From contig CAVXWZ010000001.1 in the NCBI GenBank assembly GCA_963765575.1, positions 352,001 through 416,000 of the forward strand: a stretch of 64,000 nucleotides of DNA. The letters are read 5' to 3'. The position numbers and the translations under genes are program-made. The notes under the pieces are model-generated. The model saw nothing but the letters and a program-made list of their open reading frames with translations. It searched no databases and was not told the DNA's origin. This DNA is from an uncultured cyanobacterium (lineage in GTDB: Bacteria; Cyanobacteriota; Cyanobacteriia; PCC-6307; Cyanobiaceae). Of the stretch, positions 61,173-64,000 are shown in pieces; the first letter of the stretch is position 1; each line of letters opens with the position of its first letter.

Positions 61173-61345
61173 CGCTCCCTGCAGTGCGCTTCCTGCCTGA
61201 GGCGCTGGAGGAGCTCCTGGAAACCCAGCACTGGTACGGAACGCGTGAGCCGGCGTTGGCCAACGACTTTGCCCAAACCGTTGCTGCTGCGGTGGAGCGC
61301 ATTCGCCACAGTCCCCAATCCTTCCCCTTGATTCACGGCCGTTCC
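61169..61345 (+). pseudogene. ParE-family toxin, truncated after FPLIHG
   Basis: Paralogous to the first half of 55758-56048. Confidence 0.8.
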
Positions 61346-61347
61346 TC

Positions 61348-61704
61348 TTGCCTGAACGGGGACGTGCCCGGAATTGGTCGCGCTTCCTCCTGAACATGCG
61401 GGGGTGCTGCTCGAAGATCCTCAGGTACAGCCAGGGGCTCACCAAACAGCACTCACGTACTGACGAGATGATGGTTGACGCCGACCTGCGCAATCTGGAG
61501 GTGCTGGGTGAAGCGGCGAAACAGAATCCGCCGGCGCGGTTCGTGAGCGCCCCCCCAGGTGCCCTGGCGACGCATGTCTGGCCGCCGCGATGCTGGGTAC
61601 ATGCCTACTTCGGCCTGGAAGAAGACACCATCTCGCAGATTGTTTGCAAGAGCATTCCAGCCCTGACTGACCAGTTGGACCAAGTGGTTGAGGCTGAGCT
61701 CTGA
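61348..61704 (+). pseudogene. DUF86/HepT-like HEPN remnant
   Basis: DADLRNLEVLGEAAK...VHAYFG....I..IV...IP.L; RxxxxH region degraded. Confidence 0.65.
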
Positions 61705-62045
61705 TGGCGGCTGGTGCGCTGAGCGCGTTGTGAAGAGCACTGAACGCGCCAGTTTGTTCTCAAAACGCTCAGGAGGCCATCACCTCGACATGGCAGCGCA
61801 GGCAGGGTGCCCGGGCAGCACGGCTGTCGTCAGTGGCAGTCGGGCGCGGTTGGCCAGCCTTTCGACCCGCGCGTCAAAGCTGTTGTGTTGCCGAGGTGGT
61901 GCCGCCAGGCCCATGGCTTCTCAGCGAGAAGGCTGCTCCAGCTCAGAAGCCTTCGGCTTGAGGATCGTCTTCAGACCCTGCTGCGCTACCAACACCCAGC
62001 CGACCGCCTGAGACAATCCAACCTCGCCGACCCCCAGGGAAAGAC

Positions 62046-62570
62046 ATGACCGTTCTGGGGAGAGAGGCGATCCTGCAGGCGATCCAGCAGGGCTCCATCA
62101 CGGTCACCCCGTTCGATCCCGAGCGGCTGGGTCCCGCCTCGCTCGACCTCACCCTCGCCCCCACCTTTCGCGTGTTCCGCAAGGTGCACGAGGTGATCGA
62201 AGTGCGTGAGCACACCGATTACAGGCAGCTCACCGAGAAGATCGAGGTGCCCGAGGGCCAGCACATCCTGATCATGCCGGGCGAAACGGTGCTCGGCATC
62301 ACCCAGGAGCGGCTGCGCCTGGGCCCCGGGCTGTGCGGCTGGCTGGAGGGTCGCAGCCGTTTCGCGCGGCTGGGCCTGATGGTGCACATCAGCGCCCCCT
62401 TCATGGGGCCGGGGATCGACAGTCAGCAGGTGCTGGAGATGAGCAATTTCGGCCCCGCTCCCCTGGCTGTGCATCCCGGCACCGCGATCTGCCAGTTCGT
62501 GTTCCAGAAGCTGCAGGGCAGCGAGAGCTACGCCGGACTCTTCGCTGGCCAGACGGAAGACTCCTTTTGA
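62046..62570 (+). CDS. dcd: dCTP deaminase (trimeric dUTPase superfamily)
   Basis: PASLDLTL, EGRSRFARLGL, LEMSN, ICQFVF. Confidence 0.85.
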   Translation: MTVLGREAILQAIQQGSITVTPFDPERLGPASLDLTLAPTFRVFRKVHEVIEVREHTDYRQLTEKIEVPEGQHILIMPGETVLGITQERLRLGPGLCGWLEGRSRFARLGLMVHISAPFMGPGIDSQQVLEMSNFGPAPLAVHPGTAICQFVFQKLQGSESYAGLFAGQTEDSF

Positions 62571-62619
62571 GCGTCGGTGCTTTCACGCGTTTCCCTTGGT
62601 TGCTCCAGGTCCGCTGAGA

Positions 62620-62904
62620 TCAGAAAATCCCCAGGGTTTTCTTCTTGCAGTAGCCCGCCCCAATGTTCATCCAGCCCGAGTCACAGGGCTTTCCGTCGGT
62701 GGGCTTCACCTCGTAATAGATGGGTGAATTGCAATGCTGCTTCAGGTCATTCACATACCCAAGCGGACACTGGTCATAACCCGGCAGTTTGGGAATCCGC
62801 TTCTGAGCCAGTGCTGGCCCAGGCGTCAGCAGCGGAAGGGCCAGAGGCGGCAGGGTCAGAGCACAGTGGCCAGACCAGGGGTAGCGTCTGCACTGGGGGA
62901 GCAA
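62620..62904 (-). CDS. Small secreted Cys-rich protein
   Basis: Signal-like ALA-Q, then CPLGYVN...C...CDSGW...GYC; start uncertain. Confidence 0.6.
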   Translation of the reverse strand: MLPQCRRYPWSGHCALTLPPLALPLLTPGPALAQKRIPKLPGYDQCPLGYVNDLKQHCNSPIYYEVKPTDGKPCDSGWMNIGAGYCKKKTLGIF

Positions 62905-63018
62905 GCAACTGATCAGACCCTAGGAGTTTGTCGCGGGTCGTGCCACGTGCCGGAGCCGATCCCACCACGACGACGCCGGAGGGGGGCGAGCAGCTCGGGG
63001 CCAGCTGCGGTGAGCAGA

Positions 63019-64000
63019 ATGGCGACCATGCAGAGCAGACAACCGCCAACCACGCCCTGCCACCGATCGCCGGCTCTGAAGCGGAGATCCTTGCGCTTGT
63101 TCACGGATACCGGTCCGGTGTCTGCTGCCGCACACCAATCTCAACCTGGAGCAGATCCGCTCAGGCTTTGCCTGCGCGCTCCACATGCACCAGCCCACGA
63201 TTCCAGCCGGGGCGGAGGGGGAACTCATTTCCCATCTTCAATACATGCTGGAGCATCCAGGGAGGGCGACAACCACAACGCCGAACCCTTTGCCGATTGC
63301 TATAAGCGCCTCGGCGTCATCATCCCCCAGCTGATTGAAGAGGGCTGCAACCCCCGGATCATGCTGGATTATTCGGGCAATCTGCTCTGGGGCTTTGAGC
63401 AGATGGGCCGCCACGACATTCTCGATGCCCTCCAGACGGCTCGCCTGCGATCCCAGCCTCCAACCCCATGTGGAATGGCTCGGCACCTTCTGGGGCCATG
63501 CGGTGGCGCCCTCCACCCCCATCCCCGACCTGAAGCTGCACATCCTGGCCTGGCAGCATCAGTTCGCGGCCCTGTTCGGAAGGGAGGCCCTGCAACGGGT
63601 GAAGGGATTTTCACCGCCGGAGATGCACCTGCCCAACCACCCCGACACCCTCTATGCCTTGGTGAAGGCCCTCAGGGAGTGTGGCTACCGCTGGCTGCTG
63701 GTGCAGGAACACAGCGTGGAAAACCTCGATGGCTCCAGCCTGCGCCAGGAGCAGAAATATCTCCCCAATAAGCTCGTGGCGCGCAGCTCCAGCGGCGAAA
63801 CGGCCACGATCACGGCGCTGATCAAAACCCAGGGCTCCGACACCAAGCTGGTGGGCCAGATGCAGCCCTGTTACGAAGCCCTGGGGCTCGGCAGGCAAGT
63901 CGCTGGGAGCCACCACGGTGCCTTCGCTCGTTTCCCAGATTGCCGACGGGGAAAATGGTGGCGTGATGATGAATGAGTTCCCGCCGGCCTATCAGCCAGG
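63019..64000 (+). CDS. Glycoside hydrolase family 57-like protein, frameshifted, runs off the window edge
   Basis: ACALHMHQP, DNHNAEPF, LDYSGNLLWG, GFSPPEMHLP, DTKLVGQMQP across frames. Confidence 0.8.

Noticed and set aside
33885..62000. Prophage, ICE or tRNA-anchored island
   Set aside because: No integrase, transposase, phage structural, conjugation or tRNA gene recognised.

Overview
High-GC picocyanobacterial DNA (Cyanobium/Synechococcus-like, judged from ocp-crtW-frp, the Ycf55-like gene and the thylakoid factor). About 1-34 kb is mostly core or flexible metabolism: a guanidine-I riboswitch-controlled guanidine utilisation operon (gdmH, hypA/hypB-like, ABC transporter), fumC, fur, hisA, the ocp-crtW-frp operon, a methyltransferase/FAD-oxidoreductase/type III PKS triad, and four dispersed genes of the ligase-associated DNA-repair module. 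About 34-62 kb is a defence island. It holds a DUF3427 helicase remnant, then GmrSD-like, hsdR, higBA, vapBC, hsdM, hsdS, an ABC-type ATPase and an HNH nuclease, then further TA and HNH genes. The most striking structure is at 54.3-61.7 kb: about seven tandem units, each a variably truncated copy of the same 5' gene fragment and/or its G-rich upstream motif joined to a different toxin-antitoxin cassette, with no integrase or transposase in the window. Many genes, including housekeeping ones, carry single-base frameshifts, so read errors are likely and pseudogene calls are provisional. Family assignments come from motif recognition, not database searches.
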